A stretch of DNA of 61,736 nucleotides, the filler included, from Choristocarpus tenellus KU-1152 (Eukaryota; Protista; Phaeophyceae), in the NCBI GenBank assembly GCA_964200185.2. It is 7 parts of 7 records of this genome, joined end to end, with 100 filler letters (N's around TTAATTAATTAA, not from the genome) between each part and the next. Parts side by side here need not be neighbours in the genome. Positions count along the whole stretch, not along the records: positions 1 to 21,755 come from CAXNAD020000328.1; 6 more parts are not named here. One strand, written 5' to 3'. Positions 1 through 13,987 of the stretch are shown piece after piece. The notes below the pieces were generated by a model. That model worked only from the letters and a program-made list of their open reading frames with translations, was not told the DNA's origin and did not search any database. The translations under genes were made by a program, and so were the position numbers. Position 1 is the first letter of the stretch, and every line of letters begins with the position of its first letter.

Positions 1-99
1 GGCCCTTAAAAAGTGCCGCAACATTTACAAAAAAAAACATATGGACACTTCCCGCGCACCTTTTTCGGTCAAATCCATCCTCCATAGTATGCTCCGTCC

Positions 100-245
100 T
101 CAATTTTGGTGATCGGCTGTTCTATATTGAAATGGACATCACTTGTTCGCTCGCCTGTTTCTGGCCGCTATTATTGGAGAAATCTGTACTTGTTTTGGTC
201 AGTTCCACCACACACCACACACATGTTCCAAACACTTACCCTCGT
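100..245 (+). mobile_element. Degenerate pogo/Fot1-like (DDE_1) transposase fragment
   Basis: Across frames it reads VLY*NGHH...NLYLFWSVPPHTTHMFQTL, resembling DDE_1 motifs LLILDGHxSH and LPPHTTHxLQPLD. It is interrupted by a stop and a frameshift. Confidence 0.5.
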
Positions 246-3200
246 CCTAATTCGTTTTTGGATCTTGCTTGATATTCTAACTTCTGAGACCAACTGTGGA
301 ATGAGAGAATTGGTCCTACCAAGAGTGAATGCTCCTGGTGGAACGTTCCAATCTTTTCTTGAGATGAGGATGAGAGTTTGGAATATGTGTTACGACGGTG
401 GGACGGAAGGATTCTATTGTCCAATCTTATTACGGACAACTTTGAAATCTGAGTTAGTAGGGTGAGGGCACAGTTCCCACCTATCACAAGTACAAATTTG
501 TGTCAGATGTAGGGGTAATTTACTTCATCCGAACCCGCTTTCCTCTTCCATCCCCCTGCCTGAACCAAATCCGAAGGAAAATCACAACACAGGCATCAAA
601 CTGAGGTATCATACAACACCCCATCAAGCACCAAATGGACAACCTGGACTAAACACCCCCCCCTCTAAGATACTAACGCACGGAACATCGTCAATTCTGT
701 ATCACTACTGGCAACTTTATCATATCTTTCGAACACCTACCGATAGCATCAGAATGAAATTCCACAGCAAATATAGTCGTGATGCAGTCAGAAGGGTGAT
801 TGGGATTTTTTGGGGTGATATTGACAGCATATTCCAGAAATATATTGCCCTTCAGGATGGACTAAAAGTAATTACGTGAGAGACAACTTCTACCAATACT
901 ACGGCAGGTTCTGGTATGATTTCAACCTTTTTGTTGTCTTGAGGTTGACTGATGATGACCACCTTTCTTACACCTGGGTGACAATACCGCAACAATCAGC
1001 AGTTTGGTGGGAGAATTTTGCGCACGCCCCAAGACAATACACCTCTGCTTGCCATCTGCACTTCTAAGATTCCTCCTCCCCAGACAATGCTTGATAATGA
1101 CTGTTGGGAATGTTTCACGACTACAACAATCCAGTTCACACTTTACTTCTAGCGATGTCTACTCCTATCGCCTAATTAATGCTGTCTCTCAATGTTCCTG
1201 TATGTTTCCAGTACTGGCTCTCACCCTTGCGTCAACCCCTCACACAGTCAGCAAGCTTTTTTTTTCTCCTATTGCAACGAGAAGGTGTCCTTTGTGGACT
1301 GCTGCCATGGGGATCGTGTATCTTTTTGCCGCTAACTTCTACTAGTCCTCCATATATCATGTCCTATGTGTTTGTATCACCAGTATTGGCTCTAGGTCTT
1401 ACACTTGTCCTAGACACCACATAGGGAATATGGGACACATTTTCCACTACCTCCATCTTATTGCATTCTCGTGCTAATGCTGAAGTGGAGGATGTGTGCC
1501 ACCAGTGTGAGGTTTGACTGCTCAGGCACTAACTTGATCACCACACGGTGATGGATACCAACAAGGATTGTGCTTCGGTAATGAGCACCAGAGAACCAGC
1601 ACCAGATCATCGACTTTTAGTTGCAAGGTGCTTGAAGTTGCATGGAACAAAAAGGGATGCACCAGAAGTGACATGGGGAACCATAGATAAGAGTCAGGCA
1701 ACACTGTGATTTGATCTCTCTCCCTTACGCGTTTCTGTGCCAGGGTCAGACCAATCACGACTCTCATCCCTTAATGTGCCTGCTGTAAGCACTAAATGCT
1801 TGTTCTGGGGTGTCTGATTGTATAGTAGTGTATATATTGATATTAAAGATGTCTTCCTTGCATTCACCCACATGACCAAATTCCAGTTCTAGCATATTAG
1901 ACAGATCCATGTTTACGCACCAAGTTAAATGGTGCCACGACAAAGTGATACCCAATGTCGATTTGTTGTTGTTGTATATCGAAGGCATCTATGGGCTTAA
2001 GTTTTACTGGATTGGATCTTACAACGTACTCAATTACAACTGAATCACACACGGAGTGCATGCACAGGAGAGAATAACCAATGAACTCTTACCACTAAAT
2101 TAACGTTACATTCTTTAACCATGCTATGGCAAATAAATACTACAATTCACAACAAGAGAAAAGTCCAATACAGAAAATATCCACTACCCTGTAGTATACA
2201 ACAAGGTGGTTAGGTTCTTTGAATATGTACTTTAAACTACATGCGGTAATCCGAGGTTTCTGGTGAAGATTGTCTTGCTCGTAAAGAACTGTCTTGGACA
2301 TCTGAGGTTATCGATCGTGTAGATGGGGAGTACTCTAGCAATGGAAATTGTGACAATTCAATCAAGTCAATGCTTCATAAGGAAATTTATCAATTGTAAA
2401 ATGGAAGCTTTCACTAAGTTGACCATGTAACAAAAAAAAGCGTTAGGTCTAGTGCACGGGATTGATAAGAGATACACTGTCACTAGCAAGTTCCACCAAC
2501 AGGGCAGAGTTCAGACACAAAACCTTCGTACATTTCTTGCATTAGATTTGGTGTGTGGGTGGAAACAAAAAAGAGGAATGAGGTGTGAGGAGGTTGTTGC
2601 ACAGCACATGGAACACTATAGGAAAAATCGTGTCACAGGAGAAAGTCAGTCAGTGGGAGGAGGAGCCAGCTTTTTCTTGTACTTGTACAAACAAGCAACC
2701 CAGTCTACATTACACTTCACAACTGTCACTGTGCTGGGGCCTGACCCTCGTAGAACCCTATCGCCACCTGTTGAGAAGTAGGCCACTATTATGAGTGCTT
2801 CCATATAACAAATTTTATTGCTTTCCAATTTGAGCAATCAATGATACCTTTTATGTCATGATGGCTAAGCCATTAGCAATTTTGAGCTTTCACACAACGT
2901 ATGGGGGTGGGCATCACAAGTGTGACATTGCATCTGCTGTTACTGGGTGTGCAGCAATTTACTGCAGAAGGGTAGAAAGGGACTCAATCAACAGGAAAAC
3001 ATGCTTTGGCATTGACAGCATTTGAAAGACTCGTTGAAGGTGTTGAGTGTTCAGAGTACCTGTCATCAACTACTGCAAAGAGGGCATGGAAAACTTCCCA
3101 ACATGAAACTATAGCAGTGGTTGGTAGCCATATTCTTTCGATTAAAGGGAGCTAGGATAGGATTATTGACTTGCAGCACCTTACCTCCCATTGTATGACT

Positions 3201-3666
3201 CGAATCTATTTCCAACATTAGGTGGCATGATGAACACGCACTTGAAAAAAAGAAAAATATTAATATAAAGTAGTTGGTGGCGAACAGGAGGAACCTACCA
3301 GTGTGAATTAGTTGGTCACCTTGTAGACGATTTTTCGGTGTAGTTGACATTTTCTCTGACCCACATATCTCCTACAGATACCTCTTGTGTGGGGCTCACG
3401 AGGACTGTGTGCACAAGGTTATCATACCAACGCTGCAAACAACGCCATTCAAGTATGGGAATGTCACAGGTTTCAATATACCAGGAACTGAGGCTTTGGA
3501 ATCACTAAGCATGCTTGCATTAACAGAGGAATCAATGATGAAAAGGAAAGTTCCTCCTCTTATCTGCTTTGCTGGTGTTTGAGTAATTACGCTCTAATAT
3601 GCACAGTAAAATTTACAGAGTTACAGGGCTCATAACAAGTCCAGGAGTAACTCTGATGTTGACTCC

Positions 3667-4793
3667 TCAAGCTGGATCAGAACTATTTTTTCGGTCGTCG
3701 TACACCGATATCCCCATAGAGTTGGCAGTAGCGATGACAGACCTGCACAGGCCTTCCAGTGGAAGGAAACACAAATGGTCGTCCTTTTGCTTGATGGTGG
3801 CGATCTCGTAGATAGCCTTGAGTCCCACCTTGCCATTTGTCTCATGACCAGGTTGTGATACGCCCTGGGATGAAACGAAGGGGGTGATGATTGGTCTTTA
3901 GTAGGACCAAAGATGTACACCAGGCTGATTAATAAAATGTATTCGATAAGGATGAGGTTGAGGTTCACTCTGATCGTACCCCTCACACTCAAAATACCAT
4001 GCAAAATGATGCTCGTGCTGACTATAATAGTGGATCCAGTCCAGTCCCGACGTCGGTCTCTAGATTTAAGGGTAGCTCAAAGGAACGAGCCTAATTAACA
4101 GGTCCGTTTGCACGAGCACAAGTGTGCATACTTGTGCCAGGTCAGGCCTAGACCCTTGACCAGTGCCCAGGTCACACCACATTGACGCTCGCACCTTCTC
4201 AATTCCAGCACATCGCTTGAGTAACCAGGTGGTAGGTGGGGACTTAACCTCGAAAGTGAACGACCTGTCAGACAGAGCCGAGAGAACCTGTGTTGAGAGG
4301 AAGGGGAGGGAGGAGATATATCAACCATCAGGGATAATGCCATACCCATTGGCATTTGCCGATTCGGATGCCAACCCAGTCGGCATATCGCCTTTATTAT
4401 GTGTCTATTTAAAATCATGTGACATTCCTGTACGCAATGAGATTGGAACCCCAAGCAAAGGTTTCTTGCGCGGGATTGGAGCATCCTCGAACAGGTCATT
4501 CCCACACAGTCTCAATTCAAACAAAACTTCGCCAACGAACTCCCTTTAACATATTTCTATAGGCACTACAAAGAGGTTGCGGTATTATCCACTATTCGAT
4601 CCTTCACCAATTGATATACAACGCTTACCACTGGTGTCGGTGTGTCGGGCATGATGTGTTTGGTCTCCTCATTGAACTTTTTACAAAACTCCATCATATT
4701 TATACCCAGCGGTCCAAGAGCTTGCCCAATAGCTGGACCTGGCTTGGCTGTGCCCGCCGGCACTCTCATACGCACTAGACGAACAAGTGACAT
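3667..4793 (-). CDS. MRPL11: Mitochondrial ribosomal protein uL11m (151 aa, 3 exons: 4793-4629, 4287-4195, 3864-3667)
   Basis: Spliced product MSLVRLVRMRVPAGTAKPGPAIGQALGPLGINMMEFCKKFNE...PTPV|VLSALSDRSFTFEVKSPPTTWLLKRCAGIEK|GVSQPGHE...IYEIATIKQKD...SVIATANSMGI. L11 signatures are present; both introns are GT-AG and phase-consistent. Confidence 0.93.
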
Positions 4794-5073
4794 GCCTCAC
4801 TTAACTTCTATCCTCCCTTGCAAACTACTGCTTGTTGTCCCACCACTAGACAGCCTGAAGAGATTAAAACACTTTCAATGGTATGTAGTGGATTGGGTAT
4901 CTCATGACCACATCACGCGGAGCGCGCGCACGTTTCCACAACTGCTATAAATATAGAAAGACAACTAATTCAGGTATAACTACATTAGTAGTAGTACTGT
5001 ACTTGAAAATTAAATGACCAACCAAATTTCATACTTCTTGTCAAGTGGTTAAGGTCGAAGGTCCTTAACCAAG

Positions 5074-7991
5074 ATGACCCCCATCCCGAAAAGGTTCGTA
5101 GATGAATTCCAAAGTAGTGAAACCGTTTGCTGCGTGGATTCTTGGTGCTCTGTTTGTGGGCTTTCCAGGGGGAGGTGGATGGGTGTCATGATCGTGTAGA
5201 AGATCCTTTCAACAGCATTCCTAGGTAATCTTAGGTATGGCGTATAAATACTGATGGTGTCTACCTCACTTTCTCTGCCCCTCGTTTTTCTTGTCTCTCA
5301 TCATTTAATCAGACATAAAGCTGAGGAAGAGGTTGTATCCCCCGGTATAGTTACTTGCAACAACTTCATTGGGGGCAAAGATGTGCCCCCAGTTACTGGC
5401 GAATATCTGAATGTCCTGTCCCCTTCAGACGGCACTTCTTTAGGCAAAGTGGCCCTTTCTGGACCGGATGACGTGGAAATGGCTGTCAAAGTAGCTGAGG
5501 AGGCTCTTCCAGCGTGGAGTGGCATGACTGCAAAGACCAGGGCAGCAGTGATGTTCAGATTTCGTGCTCTTATGGAGAGCCATGCAGATGAGCTGGTGAG
5601 AGCAGGGTGTCAGAGATGGATATCGATTCTTCGCCTATAATTGTGTTGTCCTATTATTTGGAGGGAGGACCGAGGCGAGAGTTTTTCGGGTTGATTTTCG
5701 AACTCCTCATTTTGCTGGATAGGCGTTGCTGTATGATTGCTGCAAGGTCGGTCAATTGCACCATCACTAGCTCCTCTGCCCCCAATGCATTTCCCCAGGC
5801 TGATCTGGTTGTAGTAGAGAACGGCAAGAACAAGGCGGAGGCCTTGGCCTCTGTGGCGAAGGGGAATGAGACTGTGGAGTGGGCGTGCTCCATGCCCCAG
5901 CTCATGCAGGCAAGGGAAGAGACCGAAGAAGTGTATCAGATTCTCTTTTGATTCACTGGTGACACTATCCATTTTGCGCCAAGAGTATAGCCTAGTGATC
6001 ATATGCACCCTCATAACTACTCCACCACCGTTTTCTTCTGGCAATGTAACACATGGGTTTGGAAGCACATGTTCTGCTCTCCTTTTTTTGTTGCATGTAC
6101 TCTGTTGAACCTTCATTAAGCCTTTGTATCAGGTCCGGAATGGCTTGAGGAAGATGACAGTTGAGTGTAGGAAGGTCTCTTCAAATTGTACCTTGCTTGC
6201 CTTGGTGACTCTTATTTCCTTCACAAGGAGTTGCCTTTGGATCAACGGCTCTGCATCCTGTCGGTACACTGACGCATTTTAACAGGGAAAAATCCTGCAA
6301 GTGAGTCGTGGGATTGACTGCAGAGACATGAGAGAGCCGGTTGGGGTGGTGGCATGCTGCGTGGTGAGATGGGGTAGTGGTTCAGTTGAAGAGAGGCTAA
6401 GGGAAGGACCTTGCTGTTTGAGAGGCAAGGGAGAGGGCTAGGGAGAAAAGTGGAATTGAAGTAGAACATAGATCCAACTCCTTTTAGAAAGGCAACAAAA
6501 ACTATATGTCAGAGGTTGCAGAATGTATATTTCCCTGATGACGTTACTGAATAGTGTCCGTTGGTCATTGGGACATGGGTCTCAAGTAGTTTTTCCGGAG
6601 TGAGTCTAGGACACAACGAGAAGGTCCCACTGATAACCAGTACAGATTTTTATTTGGTCAAGAGATCCGGAAAGACGGACTACCTCACGTGTTCCTCTCT
6701 CCTCAACAGGGTAAGAAAGATTTGCAGAGAAGTTTTTCCTTGCTGACAAGAATTGAGAGAGGCATAATACTAATATGAGTGGTTTTTTGACCTCCCATCC
6801 ATCACTCATTGCTGCACGACAACATAGGAGGTCATGTGTACACTTGAACAAAATGTTTGGTTCTTAGACAAAATGCTTTGCCCAATGCATGCACTGCAAT
6901 TGTCCTACAGCAGCCCTACCTTCTATTGCTGTGTTGGATTGCATATCAAGCAGTGGTTGCCTTCTTTGCAAGCAATGTCTCTTGTTTCAACGACTATTGT
7001 TCTGATATTTGACGCCCGTCCTGCTTGTTGCGTGCTGCTGTTTTCAAATCCTTGGTGGTCACATTGTTCTGCCTCAATCAGCCCTTCAACTTCCCCATCA
7101 TGGTGGTGAGTGAATATAGCCTAGGGGCTATTCATGAAAAGGGGTTGGACAGTCACAGATGCACCCGCACATAGCACACATGATACCTACCCAGGTTTTG
7201 TATCCCAGTGTTGTTGATAAACAACACTAGCGTCTGAGGGATGCACGGTCTCTATGCTTGCTTTGTGAGTGTGGATATTCTACTGCAGATTCTAGAGTGA
7301 GAAGGTGGTGCTCTGATTAGTTAGCTAAATTTGGAGACTACTCTTGCATTTCGCATATTCTGTTGGGCTTGGTTTGATGCCCATGCCATTGTCAGCTCCA
7401 GTTTATTGCTGTGTCGCCTAATATTTCAAAAATGCCTACTATTTAATATATGAATGCTCCTACAAGGTTCTCATGACCACAGCAGGCAGCTCATCAAGAC
7501 CCTATCCCATCTCCTCTGCTCTTTTGTCGCCCAACATGAATTGTGGGGACTTATCTCTCTTCTGTTTTTGCATCTCCGCGGATTGTTTGTTAATAATCCT
7601 GCACTACCAAACCCCAGCCCATGTGAGTGATTATGGATGTGACTGGTCGGTCTATAACATATTTTTTTGTGTGTCATTTGATGTGGAGTCTAAATGCAAT
7701 TTTGTTTGGGTAGGGTTATGTGATGGAAGTGATTGTGCATTGATAACACATTTGCAGGAAACATATCAGGTCATTAGTAGTACCCAAATTGTGTATACTT
7801 CAGACTAGGCAGGAATGTCTCCATATTATGGTGTGGGTCCAATAGGCATTGGGTGACCTCCGCACTTTGTGCGGGTTCTTTGAAATTTGTTGGAGTGTCT
7901 GATTCCAAGGTGGTCAGTCTGATGTGATCCTTTTCAACTGGTGCTTGTTCCTTATACTTGATGTGGTATCCAGCTGTTCCAAGCACAACTC

Positions 7992-8027
<36 letters not shown>

Positions 8028-11000
8028 TCAAATTGGTGAGAGTGGTTCCGCAGTTTCACAGTTTCACTCTTGTGTACGATAATATTGGACTTAGAGTGTT
8101 GTTGTCAAGTTGAGGCCTGCCCGCCGCCGCTCTTTTGAGATCAGCTTTTACTGGGCAAGGAAGTATGATTCTCAGGTACAAGATGCGTAGCTGGTGGATG
8201 GACCAACCAACAAATGATTGCATCAGCAGTGGGGGATGCACACTGGTTTGTCAAATGCTAACGTTGTGTTCAGTTGCAGTCAAAGAGTAGAGTACCACTT
8301 GAATGCTTACTACATTGATTATGTTTTTCTGCAGGTCATGTTTCTTCCCTAGCTTGTTTCTACAGGTTGCCCAGTAGGAGTGTGTATCATTATACCTTTC
8401 CCTTTTAATTTAAACCTCTCACACACTTTCAGGTGGACAGTACCAATTGCGCTAACAGCAGGCAACTGTGTGATCCTCAAGCCTTCCGAAAAGGTCCCCC
8501 TCACCATGTGGAGGGTGGCACGTCTCTTTGCTGAAGCCGGGTATGTGCTATGTGTGTGTTGGTGGGGATAGAGCAGGACAGTCTCTTTGCATGATTAATG
8601 TCTACATATTTTTAGTGAGGCACACTTGATGGCATTGCGGATTCATCTGTAGATTCATCAGTTCTTGTTGAAGGATGCGTGTTTGCTTGACTCCTCCCCT
8701 GTTTACCCAACTCCTGCTACAGCACCTCAACATAGACTTGACACCTTGCAATCTGCCTTCCTATAATTCCATTTCATGTTTCTCCCTGTCAACATATCGA
8801 ACCCTATGTAGGGTGCCTCCAGGTGTATTTCAGATTGTGAACGGGGCAGCGGCTACAGTAGTTGCACTCTGTGACTCTCCTGGAGTGTCTGCGCTGACTT
8901 TTGTGGGGAGCAGTGGTGTTGCCCGATCGGTTGCTGAGAAGTGCCACAAATCGCACAAAAGGGTCCTTGCCCTTGGGGGAGCTGAGAACCATCTAATTGC
9001 TCTACCCGACTGCGAGTGAGTCTGAGGGAACGCATGTTGTTTAAAGGCCTCGTTGTAATTGGTAGTGGGCCATTACAGTGATGGTGTCCTGTGGTAGGTG
9101 AGAGTTCTGGCTGATGACGATTCATCAGGTGCTGACTGGAACATTCTCACTCTCTGTGCACTCTAGTCCAGTATGGTGCATCTGGCACATCTACCCTGGG
9201 GTTTGGATTGTAATGTTTGTGCTTCTGGTCTCTCTCCTCCCTCAAGATCACCTCACTTACCCCCCATTTGTGCCCTTCAGCATGGAGGCTGCATCACACG
9301 ATATTGTTGCCTCGTTCGCTGGTTGTGCTGGTCAGCGTTGCATGGCAGCCAGTGTGTTGGTCCTGGTGGGTGAAACCGGGGCACTGTTGGACAAGGTGGT
9401 GGCCAAAGCCAAAGCACTCCAACCAGGCACAGCAGCAGTGAGTGGGTCTGTTACTTACAATGCATCAGGTTGGATTCGGATTTTTTTGGGGGCTGTAATT
9501 ATTTCTTATACCCATTTTGTAACCTCTACAGCTTACAGTGCTCTGCAAGGTGTCATGCCAGGTGTACTAATGTGGGAAGAGATGAATGTGCTTCTCAAGG
9601 AAGTTGTGTTGTTGTCTACCAAGCCCATGTTTCTCTCTATGTTGTCGGTTTAAGCTGAGGCCTACGCAGTTTCACAAGACGACAGTTTTTGTGGGGGTGG
9701 TTGCTCTGTGACATTGGCTTTGCTGATGTCATAACTGTTCCTGCGTATTTTAGAGTTGGAGAGAGTGTGTGAGAGCTCACTGTGGTTACTGAACAGGATA
9801 CAGGGTCGTATTAAAATTGAGGGAGAGGGAGAGGTTGTGGGTGTTGATAATGCAGAGAAGAGGTCCATGTGAATGTTTCTGAGTGATGATTTTTATGTAT
9901 TGTTGTCTAAAGGCTTCGCCTATCTAGCAAAGTTGTGTGTAAGTGACCCAGTATGTAGTTTTTGACGTGATACAATGCTTGAGGTACTGATTTTGACAGT
10001 GTTTGCAAGGAGGTGTGCAAATAGCCCATCTCCTACTATTGCCCTCACCGACAAACACACACACACACGCACAATCACGCTCAAACACGCACACCTCTGT
10101 GTTATATGCCTCCCCCCAACTGTTTCCTATTGTTACTCCAGGGCCAAGTTGGGCCAGTAATCAATGCTATGGCACGTGATCACATTGTGTCGCACATCAC
10201 AAAAGAGGAGAAATTGCCAGGGTGTGAAATCTTGCTAGATGGAAGGCCATGGGCAGACAAGTCCCCTGGGACGTGGTTGGGTCCCACAATTGTGTCTCAT
10301 AGTGCTCCTCCTGTAACGGGGGATGAAAATGGTGGGAGCACTCCAGGAGAAGAGGTCTTTGGACCTGTGCTGAAAGTGGTGAAAGTGGGTTTCATTCTTG
10401 TCAATTTATGTTGGAAAAGGAAGGGATGGTGTTTGTCAATGTATATGGTTCTATTCAGCACTGATGTCGATAAATGCTTGAGTGCATACATGTAAAGACT
10501 ATGCAAGAGAAGCAAATTCCCATGAAGGGAGGGTAATCGAGTCAATTTTACTGTGGATCAAACAGCCCTAGTGTACTCCCCTTGAGATTGGACATGCTAC
10601 ACCATTGCACCCACCAACCCTGATTGTGACCTCAGGTAGGCACATGGCAGGAGGCCCTGGCAGTCGAGAATGCATCTACATTTGGGAATGCCGCCAGTGT
10701 CTACACTTCGTCAGGGGCTGCCGCAGAGTACTTCCAGACACAATTCAAGGCGGGCATGATTGGTGCGAAACATGCCTTTGTAGAGTGTGATATTTTGTTA
10801 GGTGTCCCTGTGCACTACATGTACATGGTTTAAGTGTGTGTGTGTGTGTTAGAAAGATGAAGACATTATGAAGAATGGCATTTTCCTACTGTTGAATGCT
10901 CTTATTAACCAAAGTAGTTATGATTGAAGCAGCCTTGGTAGTTTTGTTCTCCTTACCTGAAGAGCACTCTGGAGTGCTAGTCCATATGCCACGGAGCATT

Positions 11001-12177
11001 TTGTGTTCTGTATGTATCCCGATCAATTTTCATCACACTGCCCCTCTCTATTGGACACAACCACCCTGCTACCCCTAAGGTGTGAACATTGGCATCCCTG
11101 TGCCAAGGGAACCATTTTCATTTGGTGGTCTTTATGGCACAAGAAGCAAGTATGGTGACTTTGACATCACTGGAGATGGGGCAATGGAGTTTTTCACCAA
11201 TCGGCGCAAGGTGAGTTTGTTTTATCACTTGGATCAGGTGTGACCACTTTACTGTGAATTACTCTCCAGAGTACCTCACAATCATGTTCCATTCACTTGT
11301 GTGGGGAGGCTTGGAACTTCTCAATGCAGCAGGGGTGTCTACACATGATAGAGACAATTTATTTGGCGATAGAAGAAGTGGAGGTGTGAAACATAATTAT
11401 AGTCCAGAGCATTTGAGATATGAACCAGTAATCTTTTACTTAGAGGACAAATTATCTCCTTTGCTCCAAGTGGATGAGCTCCTAATAATGATTGTCTCCT
11501 GGTGTATGAGAGGGGTGGTGTCAGTGCAAACAACATTCACACAAGCACTATCAGTACTGCTGATGATTATCTATCAAAAGTTACCTAGAATGAGGTAGAG
11601 GTTTGAGGTTGGCATTGCACCATTTACCATAATGAAAGCAGGGTTCCTTAGCTATTGTTCTTTTAAGAAGTTTTCTTTTTTTCCGAACTCTAAGGTCATT
11701 TGAATGTCAGGGGGGAGTTAGTTCTAAGGTAGCCTTTTGTCTGCTGTGCTGATGTAGAGGTGTCTTTGTTTCACCAGAAGTGGTAATGACCCTTTTCTTG
11801 CAATCACCAGTTTGACCTACCATTATAGGTGACTTGTTACTTAGGTCTTTGTCTCAATGGTTGTTCTGATACAGGACCAGTCCTAATTTTTGAAGGCAGG
11901 TTTAGTTGGTGTCATATTTCGCAGAATCCATCTATAACTGTTGTACCTGTGAAAAAGGTATCATTGTAAGTCTGCAGCTGACCATGGAGGTAGGGTTGTG
12001 CAAGCATGTAAGCATTGTCTGAAGCAGATTTTGACTCCCATTGCTATCTCAGTTCCAATGTTCTTCATGTGCCCCTTATATCACACACAGATCACAACCA
12101 AGTGGAACCTTCCCCAGGCTGAAGCGGGCGCTGGAAGGTCAGGGTCAGACCAGGCCAGCTTTGTAGGGCAGATTTGA
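5074..12177 (+). CDS. ALDH6A1: Methylmalonate-semialdehyde dehydrogenase (CoA-acylating), ALDH6 family. Exons 5074-5093, 5313-5595, 5799-5909, 6286-6363, 7082-7105, 7618-7622, 8433-8540, 8812-9015, 9281-9437, 10142-10384, 10636-10762, 11080-11210, 12091-12177
   Basis: Motifs PFNFPIMVPMW, ILKPSEKVP, LTFVGSS, GGAENH, catalytic GCAGQRCMA, EEVFGPVL, FGNAASVYT and GVNIGIPVPREPFSFGG. All exon phases join in frame. The first exon is the least certain. Confidence 0.93.
7994..8025 (+). repeat. (GT)n microsatellite in an ALDH6 intron
   Basis: Run of about 16 GT units. Confidence 0.9.
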
Positions 12178-13987
12178 AAGATGACCTACAAAATATAACT
12201 TGGTCTTTGTAGTGGAAGCAAGAGTCGGACATTGGCCACATTGTTCTGGGTGGTGTAACTGAGAACTTACTACTAATGCTATTACAATCCAGTCCTATTT
12301 GGTGTAGCTGCTGTTCAATGCACTTGTTTGTGCTCCTCCCTCAATCGATTTATTTTTGTGTGATGAGTGATAAGCACCAATCACAAAATCAGTGCATGTC
12401 AAAATCATCTCTTTTTATCTTGCAGTGTTTAGAAGTCATGAGCACAAAAGTAGTACAGCTTGCATCAGCTGATGGAAAGCACTTTTTTTTAAAATACTGA
12501 ATGCAATGGTGCAAATGGGAATACAGGAAAAGTTTATCTCCATGAGTCATATTTCCAATCTATCCAATTAATTCCCAATACAGTATTTTTTGTACAATAG
12601 CAGCAACCTTTTGCCTAGTCTGCACAGGAACATGTATGTTCCGATTGTATTAGATACCCTATATAGAGGTCAACCTCTTGAAAATGGAGAATTAGGCTGC
12701 CTAGTTGCAGTATCCATCATAGTCTAATCGTTAAGTGTTGCAGACTGGGACAGTTTAATCAGCTTCAGTTCACAATTTGTTGAGGACAACCAAGATCATA
12801 CCCGAAAAATCCTAGTTATCCAGTTGTTTATACCTTCCATCAGAAGACAATATACTGTCACAAGGTGTCACACAACTTAGTGCTTTTCTCACCACAAGGT
12901 GTCATCACTCACAAATCACTTCACATTCATTCGTGACTTTGAATCTCTGCCTGAGGCCTGTGGATGTTTAGTGTTTGCAAGGTTCGGATCATCTACTGGG
13001 TGTGCCCTCCCCCACATGCGTATTATGATGAGGAAGACCAGGTTGAACAAAAATCAAAGGGTGGACTAGTGTGGATATAGTTGTAATCAATACAGATAAA
13101 ATGTGTTGACTGTGTCTATCCCATGTATGTATCTACCTTCTCTCTTCCAGTAACATATCAGCAATGCCACCAACAAATACTTCAGAGGTGTCTCATATTG
13201 AAATCATTACGAATCCATCTTTGCTCGTGACAGTCAACCCCTCAACCACGTATGTTTCAGCCTCCTTAAGGAAGAGATTACTGAATAATAAGCAGTCTCA
13301 GATACTGCACAAACACTACCAATTGTATGTGTTTGCTAGTATATTTCGATGCCACATTTCTTCAGAGAAGTGTGTTTTTTTTCACACACTTGAATTATTC
13401 CAGAGTGTTCACTGTTGACCCGCTGCATGTGTGGCTGTGTGGTTAATGGGCAGTATGCTCTAACCTACAATACTTCATATATTAGGTGTGGTGATTGTGC
13501 TATGCGATCATGTTTCTCTGTGTTTACAGCTCATCAATTTGCTACAGATGATAGAGTTGGCCATCATTCCTTGTGCATGTATGCAGACCCAGAGGAGAGT
13601 AAGCTGACAGAAAAAAATGGATGTGGTGGACCTGAGACACCACAATTGTCTCACTATTTTGGGGAAATTAAATACAGTACATACATTATGGCCAGACAGT
13701 CCCCTGTAAGGGCACTTACTCAGGAACAACCACAAGGTGAAGGTTATCACACCATGGGACCAGGGTAAGTGCACCAATGCAAAACACTTTATTAGTAGAA
13801 GTATATTTTCCCTGGATTTCCTCTTGAAATTACTTAATCCCTCCACTGAACTAAAAACTAAATTTGCCTTGTGGCCTGATACAAAAAAGTTCAGTGTCTT
13901 TGGACTATAGTCAGATCATACACAGTACACAAGTGCACTTTTCGAGTACCAAACCACATTAATGCTGCAACATGGTTGTTGTCCAGC

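Noticed and set aside
1930-2020. Minus-strand NPV...IDIGYHFV resembling the Copia RNase H motif KHIDIRYHF
   Set aside because: It is a single short motif with no other supporting pol motifs or LTRs.
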